Assembly: GCF_016432865.1 (NCBI RefSeq)
Contig: NC_067399.1
Span: forward strand, 62,930,001-62,994,000
Direction of reading: 5' to 3'
Length of the DNA stretch: 64,000 nucleotides
Origin: Antechinus flavipes
Lineage: Eukaryota
The notes beneath the pieces were generated by a model. That model was not told the origin of the DNA. It was given only the letters and a program-made list of their open reading frames with translations, and made no database searches. The position numbers were made by a program, and so were the translations under genes. Every line of letters starts with the position of its first letter. Positions within the stretch are counted from its first letter, which is position 1. Positions 10,716 through 22,520 of this stretch are shown piece after piece.

Positions 10716-12544
10716 CTGCTTCCAGCTCCAGAGCTGTGGTTCTGTGATGATCTGAGCCTGGATCTGAAACTCAAGTCTTCCAGATTAGATTCTCAATGCT
10801 CTATCCACTATCCATCTAGCTTGCCTAAATCTTAGATATGCCTTTTACTATTCATGTGACCTTGGGTAAGACATTACATCTCTTTGAGAATCAATTTTCT
10901 CATCTAAAATTCTTTCTATCTGTAAATCTAGGTTTGTATGATTCCTGAATCCAGGAAGGAAGTTAATGCAAGCAGGACACACATTGTTTAGATAATTGGG
11001 AGAAAAAAGAGGTAAATAGTTATGTCACCATGAGTCTATGTTGAGTTCAAGAAAGATAAGCTTATGAAATACAAAGAAGGAGGAGAGTCCCTACAGCCCA
11101 TAGGAGCACTTTTGTGCATGCTACGTGGGAACTATAGAGACTCTGGGCTAAACAAGATTTAAGAATAATGCAGGTATATTTTTAGGTTACTTGTAGAGTT
11201 GTTCCTTGGAAAGTTAATGAGCATGATCTGCTAGAGATCCAAATTGTGAAAGACATTGAGCAGGGTTGGTAACTAACTATTAGGAGCTTAGGAAGTAGAT
11301 GCTGTGGACCAAAATGACTGCCACTCATGGAGAGTTTTAGTAGAGATGTAGAGAACAGAGATGGGGGCAGTAATTGGGAATGGATGACTCTGAGGGCAGT
11401 GAGAGGCTAGGGGAATAGGAGGCAATCAGTGCTATAAACAAAGGGGTAATAGAACGAAGCACAGAGACAGAGGAGGGATCCCTGCCTCTTCCCAGCCAAT
11501 GTCACACACAGAAAGTCCAATGAGTTACTGAGACTATACAGAATTCAAGGGAAGGTTTCCAATTTGGGAATATTGTTACTATTTTACACAGATTCAGATA
11601 TGAATTTTACTTTTTATATTAACTTGGAAATGTTTTGAGCCTTGTGAACCTGTGCACTTACAAGAAGAAAGAGTGCCTAATTTTGGGGAAATATTGTATA
11701 CTAAAATGATCAGATCATCTGGAGAGGAACGAGTGAGAAATCCCCCATAGGGTACCTGGGCTCTTATTATCCTGTGAAAACCTAGCAACTGAGAATTTGC
11801 ATCAATAAGCTTAAAGTTTAGAAAATGTTTTTCCACAATTGTGTGAGGTAGGTAGCATCCCCCCACTTTATAGATGAGGAAGTTGGAGCTCTAAGAGGTG
11901 ACTTGTCTGTGGTCTCACTCATCTGATTTCCATTGACTCTGGAAACAACTGTGCTGAATTTGTAGCCAAAGGACCTGAATTCAAACCCTAATGTTACCCC
12001 TTATTTCCTGTGTGAATTTTGGAAAGTTGTTTAATGTCTTTGAGCCTTCATCTGTAAAATAAAAGGGGTGGACTAGATTAGATGAGCTCTAAGGATCCTT
12101 CTAACTCCACGATCCTATGGTTCTCTGGCCTTTCATGTTATAGAACAGTGTTTTCAGAAGAAACTCTCTGGCAGAATAACTTTGGAATTCCGTGGCTGTT
12201 CTTGGCTTCTGAGGGGTGTTTTTTCCCCAAGACCCTTAACAGTCTTCAAGCATTAAGGCCATTGTACTCTTTTCCTTTGATGCTCTGGCATGTCTGTCCA
12301 TATCATCAAAGCTGAGAGACTGTTTCAAGCCTCTGCTCTCCTCCCCTTGCAATTTGCATTCTAAAATCCCATTTAATTTCCCACTAGTCATGTCTTGATG
12401 TTTCTCCTAGCCTCTTGAAGTATCAAATTTGACTGCCAGCCTACAGTTAAATATGCTTGCGTGACACATCAGGATAATGGCCTGATGTGAGTAGGAAGTC
12501 ATGCAGTTAGTGCTTTGAAAAGTATCAAGTGCTATACACACAAA

Positions 12545-13260
12545 CATAAAATAAAGATCAGGAGTAGAATTTATTAGGTTAAAAAAAAGAAGGGGTAGTA
12601 ATCATGATCTCAGACAAAGTTAAAGCAAAAATAGATTTAATTGAAAGAGAAAAACAGAATTTACACTAAATATCAACCATATTAATCAATCTTGCTTTAG
12701 ACTATCTCAAATAACTAGACAATATAGGGTTGGAATATTGCTGTGGTGCAGGAAATGATGAGTGGGCAGATTTGGAAAAATATGGATTGACTTGGATTTA
12801 TGTAGGAAGATATTATCTACCTTTAGAGGAACTGAAGACAAGCAAAGTACAGTATTAAATAGATGCATATGAATGTATATGTGCATATATGTGTATGATT
12901 ATGGAAATCTATATGTATGTACATGAAAGTGTATTTGTGTGCATATGTGTATACCTGTGTATATATGTGTGTGTATGTATGTATGTAGGTATATGGACTC
13001 TAGTAGAGAGGAGGAGAAAGGGGGGAAAAGAATGAAGTAAAAATGGCATAGCAGAAAACAAGAAAACCAACAAAGAAGCAAAGAAAAGATGGATAGCTCT
13101 GAACACAATGTGTAGTATTTATTATATAGGCTTTCTTGAAATAGAAATTTATTGCTTTATATTTTGAATCATTTCTTATGTTCTGCTATGCACATGGCAA
13201 TTTTTTCTCTTTTTTCTATTTTGTATTTAAATTTTAAATAAATTTAAAAACCTACCAACA
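12545..13260 (+). mobile_element. L1 fragments (ORF2 endonuclease start joined to 3' region)
   Basis: ggggtagtaatcatgatctcagacaaagttaaagcaaaaatagatttaatt is marsupial L1 ORF2 5' sequence, followed by an L1 3'-type segment ending in an A-rich tail. Confidence 0.65.
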
Positions 13261-13989
13261 AAAAGTACAAAAACTATACAAATATTGAGACAAAAGAGCT
13301 TCCCAGTGTCCTGTTGAGAGAAATACTATTTTCATTTTGACTCTGAGGAAAAGGAAACCAATTTGTGGAAGGCTGCATTAAATCTCCAGTGTCCTCCCCA
13401 CCCAAATCAAAGAAAATAACAGAATTAGAAACAAGCATTAACTTAGGTTGGGTTACAGAATCATAGAATGAGAGCTCTAGATGGAAACATAGAACATGTA
13501 GTGGTAAAGCTGAAAAAATACCTTGAAATATTAAATATAGAATACTGGAACATTGATAGGAATCTTGAAACTTAGAACATAAAATATGAGACTCAGAAGG
13601 AGCTTGACAAACTATGGCCCAAAGGTCAAATGTGGTTGTTATTTTTTGTGTGGTTTGAGAACTAGAAATAATTTTTATATTTTAATATATGGCTCATGAG
13701 TCATAATTTGTTGACCTCAAAACCAGACCATATGATCTGATCTGGAAGAGTCTTTAGAACACAGAATTTTAGAACAGAGAGGGACAACAGAGTGCATCTT
13801 AGTCTAACCATCTTAATTTACAGATGGGGAAACGATCTAGAGAAGTTAAATGACTCGTCTAAGATAGGATAAATAGCAAAAATCAGAGGTAGTATCTCAA
13901 CTTAAATATTGGACTCTAGAGCCAGGCTTTTTTCTCCTTATAATGCAGCTTTAAAATTCTTCAATCTTTTCAACACTTACTATAGTTAT

Positions 13990-14520
13990 CATTAGTCTAC
14001 CTCAGTGAAGCACAGAAGTGATTATATTTTGATACTGTCTGTTCCTAAAATGATGGTCTGGCCATGTCTTACCTTCCCTATTCAATAAACTCCATTGGCT
14101 CCCACTTGCCTTCAGAATTTGGTGATTGAAGTTCTTATAACCTAGTCTCATTCTGACTTCTCACACTTTACTTCTGTCCATATAATCTGTAATCTAATGA
14201 CACTGATCTTCTCTGCTCCCCACAAAAAAACATTTCATCTCTCAACTAAGGCATTTTCACTGGCTGGACCGCATGCTTAGAATGCTCTACCTCCTCATTT
14301 CTGCCTCTTGGCTTCTCTTGTAGTGCCTTCCCTCTGAGACTGTCCTTAACTCTTCCCTTAAATCATGTATCCATAGTTTGTTTGCATATTCTCTCCTCAT
14401 TAGACTGAGTTCCCTTGAAGGCAGGGACTGGATTTTTTAATTTGGGGAGGAGGGAGCTTTGGCCTTTCTTTGTGTCCCAGTTTAAGAGTAGACACTTAAT
14501 AAATGCAAGTTAAATGACTG
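13990..14520 (+). mobile_element. L2 LINE 3' fragment
   Basis: ttcaataaactcca.tggctccc..ttgcct...; ends cacttaataaatgc...tgactgaatga. Confidence 0.7.
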
Positions 14521-15371
14521 AATGATTTCCTCAACTGCTCAAATATATTTTTGCCAGGTGCTGGAATTCTGAGTTCCAACTCTTTCTGGAAATAATCTTA
14601 GAATACAGAATGTTATAAATTGGGATNNNNNNNNNNNNNNNNNNNNNNNNNNNNNNNNNNNNNNNNNNNNNNNNNNNNNNNNNNNNNNNNNNNNNNNNNN
14701 NNNNNNNNNNNNNNNNNNNNNNNNNNNNNNNNNNNNNNNNNNNNNNNNNNNNNNNNNNNNNNNNNNNNNNNNNNNNNNNNNNNNNNNNNNNNNNNNNNNN
14801 NNNNNNNNNNNNNNNNNNNNNNNNNNNNNNNNNNNNNNNNNNNNNNNNNNNNNNNNNNNNNNNNNNNNNNNNNNNNNNNNNNNNNNNNNNNNNNNNNNNN
14901 NNNNNNNNNNNNNNNNNNNNNNNNNNNNNNNNNNNNNNNNNNNNNNNNNNNNNNNNNNNNNNNNNNNNNNNNNNNNNNNNNNNNNNNNNNNNNNNNNNNN
15001 NNNNNNNNNNNNNNNNNNNNNNNNNNNNNNNNNNNNNNNNNNNNNNNNNNNNNNNNNNNNNNNNNNNNNNNNNNNNNNNNNNNNNNNNNNNNNNNNNNNN
15101 NNNNNNNNNNNNNNNNNNNNNNNNNNNNNNNNCCCNNNNNNNNNNNNNNNNNNNNNNNNNNNNNNNNNNNNNNNNNNNNNNNNNNNNNNNNNNNNNNNNN
15201 NNNNNNNNNNNNNNNNNNNNNNNNNNNNNNNNNNNNNNNNNNNNNNNNNNNNNNNNNNNNNNNNNNNNNNNNNNNNNNNNNNNNNNNNNNNNNNNNNNNN
15301 NNNNNNNNNNNNNNNNNNNNNNNNNNNNNNNNNNNNNNNNNNNNNNNNNNNNNNNNNNNNNNNNNNNNNNN

Positions 15372-15560
15372 NCTGGTTCTGATCATTTTTCTTTGCATCA
15401 GTTCATGCCAGGTTTTTCTGAAAGCATCCTGTTTATCATTTCTTACACACAGTAGTATTCCACTACAATCATAACAGAACTTGTTTGACCATTTCCTTAT
15501 TGATGAACATTTCCTCAATTTCCAGTTCTTTGCCACCACAAAAAGCTGTTATAAATATTT
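15372..15560 (-). mobile_element. L1 ORF2 C-terminal fragment running into a gap
   Basis: Translation VAKNWKLRKCSSIRKWSNK...RNDKQDAFRKTWHELMQ is L1 ORF2 C-terminus-like. Confidence 0.8.
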
Positions 15561-15699
15561 TTGGAACAATATTTCTTAAGGCCTTAGTAGCCATGTAAAC
15601 TAGACTAGTCTTTCCTAACTCCTATTCTAAGATTGTTTCCTAACGTTTCATTCCACCAAAAGCTTGGCTAATTTTCCTTAAATTGTATCTGAGATTTAA

Positions 15700-16160
15700 T
15701 TAACCACAATAAAACCAACAGAAATTATATAATTATCTTAACAGATGCAAAAAAGCTTTTGAAAAAATATAACATCAATTCCTATTTAAAATACTGAAGA
15801 ATAAATGCAACTTTCTATAAAAAGATAAATAATATTTTTCTAAAGTCATTAGCAAGTGGCAGCTAGATGGTACAGTGGATAGAGAACCAGCCTTGGAGTT
15901 AAAAAGACCTGAGTTCAAATCCAGTCTCAGACATTTAATACTTCCTAGCTGCATTATTTTGGGCAAATCATTTAATCCCAATAGCCTCGCAAAAGAAAAC
16001 CCAAAAAACAATAGCAAGCTTTACGTGTAGTGAGAATAAGCTAGAAGTTTCTCCAGTAAAATCAGGGATCAATCAAAGATGCCCATTATCACTTTTGTTA
16101 TTCAATATTGTACTAGAAATATTAGTTATAGCAATAACAGAAGAAAAAGAAAATGAAGGG
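15700..16160 (+). mobile_element. L1 ORF2 reverse-transcriptase fragment, interrupted by a SINE
   Basis: Decayed IIS.DA.KAF.K motif and KLE.FP..SG..Q.CPLS.LLFNIVLE.L..AI.EEKE.EG motif. Confidence 0.75.
15857..16011 (+). mobile_element. WSINE1-like short SINE with A-rich tail and TSD
   Basis: ggcagctagatggtacagtggatagag...gacctgagttcaaatccagtctcagaca...; TSD tagcaag at 15850-15856 and 16012-16018. Confidence 0.75.
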
Positions 16161-17053
16161 AATTTAATTAGCCCAGGAACTAAGGCTTGAACCATTGAAG
16201 TAGTTTCTTGGTAGCTTAAGGACAAGCATCCATTGCTCAAACAATTAAGTGTGCCCATCAGATTTCTGATTGGAGAATTTTAATGGCCAACAAAGAGCCA
16301 GACTAAAATTCTAAGTGAAGCAATGTCAGATCATTTTGGAAAATTTTCTCCCTGCTATGGCTTAGAAGACCTCCTTTTATCAATTGTTAGACTGTGTACA
16401 AGTCCTACATTTTATCCATCTATCTGAGGCACCAGAGGAGCCTAAATAATGTAAGCTATTAGAGTCAAAAAAGACTTTAAATGATAGGATATTAAAGCAT
16501 AGAATGGTAACTTTGGAAGGATCTCTAAAACATAGAATGCCAGAACTGGAAGGGACCTTAGAACAAAATGTGGTGGAACTAGAAAGGATCCTAGATATAG
16601 CTTGTTAGAACTGGAAGACAGCTCACCTTAGAGAATATTAGACATATCTCTTCAGATCTTTCATTTTGGAGTTGAGGAAAATGAAGTGAGCCTCATTAAT
16701 AAAATAAAATAATGTGTGAAATGATTTTTCTCAGAGTTACAAAATTAGAGAAGGACTGAATTCCAACACAGCTTTCTGACTTCGGATCCAGTATTCTTTT
16801 CACAAAACCATGTTGCCTCCTCATTATAAGAATTCAACTCACTACAAATACATTTGTTAAGTGCTTAGTGTGTGCAATATCCTAAGTGCTAAGTGCTGAG
16901 ATCGCCAACATTATAATTAAATATAAATGCAAACCCTTGAAAAATGTCAATCTGACAGTGAAATTGTTTTGATTACTGAAATCTATTTTCATCTAAAAAG
17001 ATTTCCTGGTACTTGTGACTGGGAAAAAATAAAGTAGACTAAAAGTAATTTTA

Positions 17054-17062
17054 TTTTATTTG

Positions 17063-17111
<49 letters not shown>

Positions 17112-17227
17112 ATACAATTGAGGTAAATGACTTTTCCAGCTAGTTAAGTGTCTGAAGCTGGATTTGAACTTAGGTGCTCCTGATCATAGAGCTGGTACTC
17201 AATCCACTACACTACCTAGATGCCCCC
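17054..17227 (-). mobile_element. Short CORE/WSINE-type SINE with a (CA)n microsatellite in its tail
   Basis: Head ggggcatctaggtagtgtagtggattgag on the minus strand; TSD aaagtaatttta/aaagtcatttta at 17042-17053 and 17228-17239. Confidence 0.7.
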
Positions 17228-18339
17228 AAAGTCATTTTAAGACAAGATTTTTAACCTTTCTGGAACGTAAAATACGTTTACCTTGCATGATGTGGTCTTG
17301 ACTTATTTCTCCTTGAAGTATCTACATGTTCTCATTCAAAGAATAGAATTTGTCTTCAATGGTCATGAAAACTTTGCTGCTCAGGTTGTTGAGTCCATAG
17401 TTCTAAGGTGAGAAAATCCTTACAGAACTGTCAGGGGTGAAACACTATTACCAGGGAGTAATACATATATTCTGCATAAAAATCCATACAAGAAAATAGA
17501 AGGAAAACTAGAAGGATTCACATTCAGGGAAGGTTTGAAAGTAACATTAAATTTATTACATATTCTAAAAGAAAAGCATGTTGTCTAGAAGAGCAATTAG
17601 AGCTTTCCCATATAATTCTTGTCCTTTTTCTGTTTAATTGTGAATATGAAAAACTCATTTTGGTTGATGTTTGTTAAGTTCTGAACTTTGAAAAATGGGA
17701 AAAGAAGATGACCTTTCCCCTCACCCCAAATCTCATAGAACTTTTTTTTCTTAGTGGTTGGACCACATTCAATCTTAGGGGACTTTTCTCTAATAATATT
17801 AATGTCACTCATATTTATTCCCATCCAGTAGTCTCTGACTGTCTGTCTGTCTCTTTTTCTCTGTCTCTGTCTTTCTCTTTCTCTCTCCCTCTCCCTCCAT
17901 CTGAATCTGATTCATTTATAACTTTCTCCTAAATACTATATTCAGGTCACTTGCAAAGAATCAATAATAATCAAATATAAGGCATATTTATTGCAGAATA
18001 TGTATAAGAGATTCTTCTTATAAGTCCCTTTCATATGGAGCAGTGTAATGCTGAAGAGGAAGGAAAAAAGTACTTTTGTCTGTACTGGGTGAATGGCTAC
18101 TGAGTCCAGTTCTCAGGAGCAAGCACTGAGAGATGCTGATGCAGTTTCTGTCGTGGGAGAGGCTGGGGAGCCTGTATCTGGGAAAGTTATGATGACAAGT
18201 ACTGAGTGCCTTGGAGAGACTTTGGAGAATGCATGGGGCTGTCTGCGCCTGGTTCTGGTCTGTTAACCCCCCGGTAAGAAGGAATCTTTTTGATTGATTG
18301 GGAGTGCACTCAAAAGGCACTAAGTCTACAGTCTGACTA

Positions 18340-19855
18340 GCAGCCTCATCATTCAACTGAAACCCATCTCTCCAAAGTTTCCAATGATCTCTTAGTTGAC
18401 AAATCTAATGGCCTTTTCTCAATCCTCATCCTTCTGGACCTCACTGCAGCCTTTGACAGAATCAATCACCCTCTTCTTCTTGATACCCTCCTTTTCTCTT
18501 CTCCAGAGATAGTTGGATAGATCTTTAAATCCCACTTTAAAGATTTAACTCACAAGTAATTTAACTTCTATCTGATTCAGTTTACCCAACTGTAAAATAG
18601 GGATAATAATAGCATCTACCTCCCAGGGTTGTTGTGAGGATCAGCTGAGATAATATTTGTAAAGCACTAAATAATTTCTGGCACATAGTAGGCATTTAAT
18701 AAATACTATTCCTTCTCCTTCTTCTTCTCTAAATGTCTGTAACACTACTATATTCTAGATCTCTTCCTATTTGTCTTTTTTTACTGTATCTTTATCCAAA
18801 TTATACCTGCTTAAGGTAGGTGCTTCTCAGGGTTCTATCCTGGGCCCTCTCTTTTCCATCTGTATACTATTCACTTGTTAGTCTCATGGTTTAAATTATT
18901 AAATTAAATTATTATCACTATAGTGATCATCACTATGCTGATTATTCCCAGATCTACTTATCCAATCCCAACTTCTCTGCTGACCTCCATTCTTGCAGTT
19001 CCAATTACCTTTTTGACATCTTGAATTGGATGTCCCATAGATACCTTCAACTCAATGTATCCAAGATGGAATTCATTATCTCCTTACCCTCTCCCCAAAC
19101 CCTATTTAATAGTAAGTTATTATTAATTTCCTTACTACTGTTGAGGATTCTACCATCCTTCTAGTCACATAAGCTTAGAATCTATTGAGCTAAAAATCAT
19201 CCTTAACTCCCCCCTCTGTGTCACCCCCATATAAAATCTGTTGCCTAGTTTTGTTGATTTTATCTTCCTGTCATCTCTTGTATAATGCATCTCCTTTCCT
19301 TTGACTCTGCCATCACCCTGATACAGGCCTTTATCATCTCATGCTTGGGATGTTGCAATAACTTTTGGGTTTTTTTTCTTGCCTCAATTCGCTCCTCACT
19401 ATAGTCCATCCTTTACTCCTTTGTCAAATTAATCTTCCTAAAGCATAAATCCAACTATTCCATCCCCCTATTTAATAAACTCTGGGTATTCCCTGTCACC
19501 TCCAATATTAAATATAAAATACTTTATTGGGCATTCAAAGTCCTTGAGAACTTGACAGCTACCTACTTTTCCAGCCTTCTTCCTTCCTTCTATTCTATTC
19601 TGTCATTCAGTAACACTGGCCTCTATGATATTCCTTGCCAATAAACTTCATTTTTTTTTCTGCAGGATTTTTCACTGACTGCTTCCAGTGCTAGAATATT
19701 ATCCCTCTTCATCTCTGCTTCCTGGTTTCCTTCAAGTCCCAGCTACAATTCCACCTTCTATAAGAAGTTTTCCTCTCATAATACCAATACTTTTCTTTTT
19801 TGTTACATCCAATTTATCTATATGTTTATGTATGTATCTATCCATCCATCCATTC

Positions 19856-19896
<41 letters not shown>

Positions 19897-20075
19897 CTTC
19901 TGTCTGTTCATCTCTTTTTCTGTCTCTTGTTTGTAAATCATTATTTATATGTTATCTTCCTCATGAGACTGGGAGCTCCTTGAGAACAAACCCATCCTTG
20001 AATTTTCTTTGTATTTCCATTGCATATTGCAGTGCTGGACCCACAATAAGAATTTAATAAATGCTTATTGACTGA
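18340..20075 (+). mobile_element. Long L2 LINE relic (RT region to 3' end) with a nested MIR at ~18500-18720
   Basis: Decayed RT-like text ([33 protein letters not shown]); ends aataaatgcttattgactga. Confidence 0.8.
19835..19896. repeat. (CATC)n/(TATC)n tetranucleotide microsatellite
   Basis: Direct reading. Confidence 0.9.
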
Positions 20076-21569
20076 GTTTTCATTCAGCTATGACTGAGCC
20101 TAAGTGTTCAGGTCATTCTTTTATGGCTTTGATGATGGACTTTCCGGTCACAATACCTGTCATGGAGTCCACTCGTGGTCTTCCTGGTTAAACAACCAGA
20201 GTTTTTTTTGCTCGCCTTTCAGAACTCATAGGGTCACTGTAATCTTCAACCTCTTCATCCAAAACAAGAAAGAACAAATGCATTGGCAAGGAATGGAGGC
20301 TCAAATCCATGGGCTACTTCTGAGTCTTTGCAGTGGAATAGAGGAAGCTTGAGACTTCTCCCCTCACATCATAGTTGCTTACCTGAAACAGCTAAAGTGG
20401 CAAATTTAACCAAGGCCACACCTTGGCTCATTGGTGCATTTTTTTAAAGGCATCCCAGTCCCAGTCATGTGACATTCAACAGGCCACTTCTTCATTACAT
20501 AATTAGAATCCATTTATATAATATTTCACATACTCCATCTGGGAGAACAAGGTACTTTTATTAGTTGTTATCATGATTTTCTGGAAGCTCACCTGCTCAT
20601 CAATCCTCATACCATAATAATCTAATTTTTTCATCATTAGCAGAGGAATTACTATATATAGACTAATTCTTCAATTATTTAGAAAAATCACAAATAATAT
20701 TAACAAAAATGTCACTCAAGAGAACATCAATTATTGCTTATCAATAGATTGACTTTCTCATATTTATAAAATCTTTATGAGAATTCTCTAAATTCATATG
20801 AAAAGGATCCTTAATGAAATGTAAGTAGAGACTTTTACAAATAAACCTTTATACATGAAGGATTCTTTTCAGATTTATTTTTACACCATCAACATAAAGA
20901 TGCTGAGAATAAATGACTCTTCTTTGTTTATTGTGTATTAATATTGTATTTTTTGCATATTATTATTATTATAGTAATATAGCTGTATTATGGACAAGTC
21001 ATTTAACCACTGTCTGCCTTAACTTCCTCAGCTGTAAAATGAGAATCTCAATAACATCTTATTTTACAGAGTTATTGTGAGAATCAAGTGAGGTATTTGT
21101 TAAAGAAAAGTGCTTAGCAGAGTGCTCATAGCACTTCATAGTAGGTGCTATATAAATATGTATTCCATTGCTTTCTCCTTCCCTATTGATTTTTTAAGTA
21201 AAAAGTTTTGACTTGATAAAGTAAAATACACCTTTACAATTTCTCCTCCAACATAGTAAGTACATTGTATACATACTAAAACAATTCCTTGATAAATTAT
21301 TCCACAGGGATAACTCCATTGGCTAATACTCTAATTATTAAAGTCACTCAAGATATAAACTTGAAAGATGCATGTTTGACAAAGTTTGCCACTGTTATGG
21401 AAATTATCTTTTACAAGATCCAAATGGAAGAATGAATAATTTCCTGAAGATAGACTTTAGATGCTCCTATATGTGGGTTTTATTGTGCTGGCCAATTACA
21501 TTGTCCTAGAATCTTAAAGATATTCTGGTTTATGATTATGAAGAGAAAGATGAAAAAGGACTTTTCTAC

Positions 21570-21850
21570 AATATGCAATTGGATGGCCAATCCATTGAGT
21601 TAGTATATTATTACATAGATTTGGGGCAGTCGCTGGCAGATGGACAAAGAGTTGGGTCCAGAACTAAATGGGAAGGAGAGAACAGGGTGGACTATGTCTG
21701 GGAAATAACAAATTTTATTTTTAGACAGTTCCAAGATCTTCTATCTTTTCAACACAAAATTTTTCCTGGCTATGTTGTATTATTAATCTTGACAAGCCAT
21801 AATCTCCGAGGAATGAAAATTGTGATTAAATCAAAGTTCATATAGATAGG
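21570..21850 (+). mobile_element. RTE-clade LINE RT C-terminal fragment
   Basis: QLDGQSIELV..YI.LGQ, then after a frameshift QMDKELGPELN...R.GW..SGK, an RTE-type motif. Confidence 0.65.
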
Positions 21851-22094
21851 TTACAAGTCAAGACAAGTCAACAAACATTTATTAAGCATATGCTGTGTGT
21901 AGCAGACACTTTGTTAACTGCTAGCAATAACCAAGAAAGGCAAAAAACCATCCCTGGTCTCTAGAAACTCACAGTCTATTGGAAGAGACTCCATAAAAGT
22001 AATGATACATATTCAACAGGGGAAACCAGTAATTCCAGGCTCCATTGGTGCTTCTTATTGGAAGTAGACAAGTATAGCTACCAGTAAAGCAGAG

Positions 22095-22520
22095 ATACAA
22101 AGGTATTTTTTTTAAATAAATTTTATTGATAAATTTTATTTTTATATTACTTTTATTTCTGATTGTATTATCTCCTCTGCTCCCTATATCTATTGTAGAA
22201 GCAAGTGAAAATAACCATTGTATAATAATTATGACTGACAGTGTATGTAACATTCAGCTCTCCTAATCCCTTACCTCTTTGCTAATAGGAAGAAAGTATG
22301 TTTTATTAGCTGTTCTCTGGGATTACTGATGATTTTCCAATTGCTCAGAATTACTTGCTTTTATATAGTAATCATTATGTATATCGTCCTTGTGATACTG
22401 TTTATTTCATTTTCTATCATCTCCTACAAAATTTCCCATGTTTCTCTAAACTTCTCATATTCAATTTCTAAGCATACAATAAAATTTCTTTTTATTCAGA
22501 TCTCTCATTTTACTTAACTA
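22095..22520 (-). mobile_element. L1 3' end relic
   Basis: T-rich tail tttttttaaataaattttattgat followed by L1 3'-like antisense text. Confidence 0.55.

Noticed and set aside
11592-11732. Plus-strand exon-like 141-nt segment (acceptor tttacacag, donor CGA|gtgaga) and the overlapping minus-strand ORF 11594..11866
   Set aside because: The best plus frame has two stops, neither translation resembles a known protein, and chance occurrence is likely.
12465-12489. Perfect 9-bp inverted repeat (cacatcagg-N7-cctgatgtg) and nearby TCF/SOX-like motifs
   Set aside because: About one to a few such hairpins are expected by chance in 64 kb; no other support.
15133-15135. Three bases (ccc) inside a long N run
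   Set aside because: Gap-filling or scaffolding artefact.
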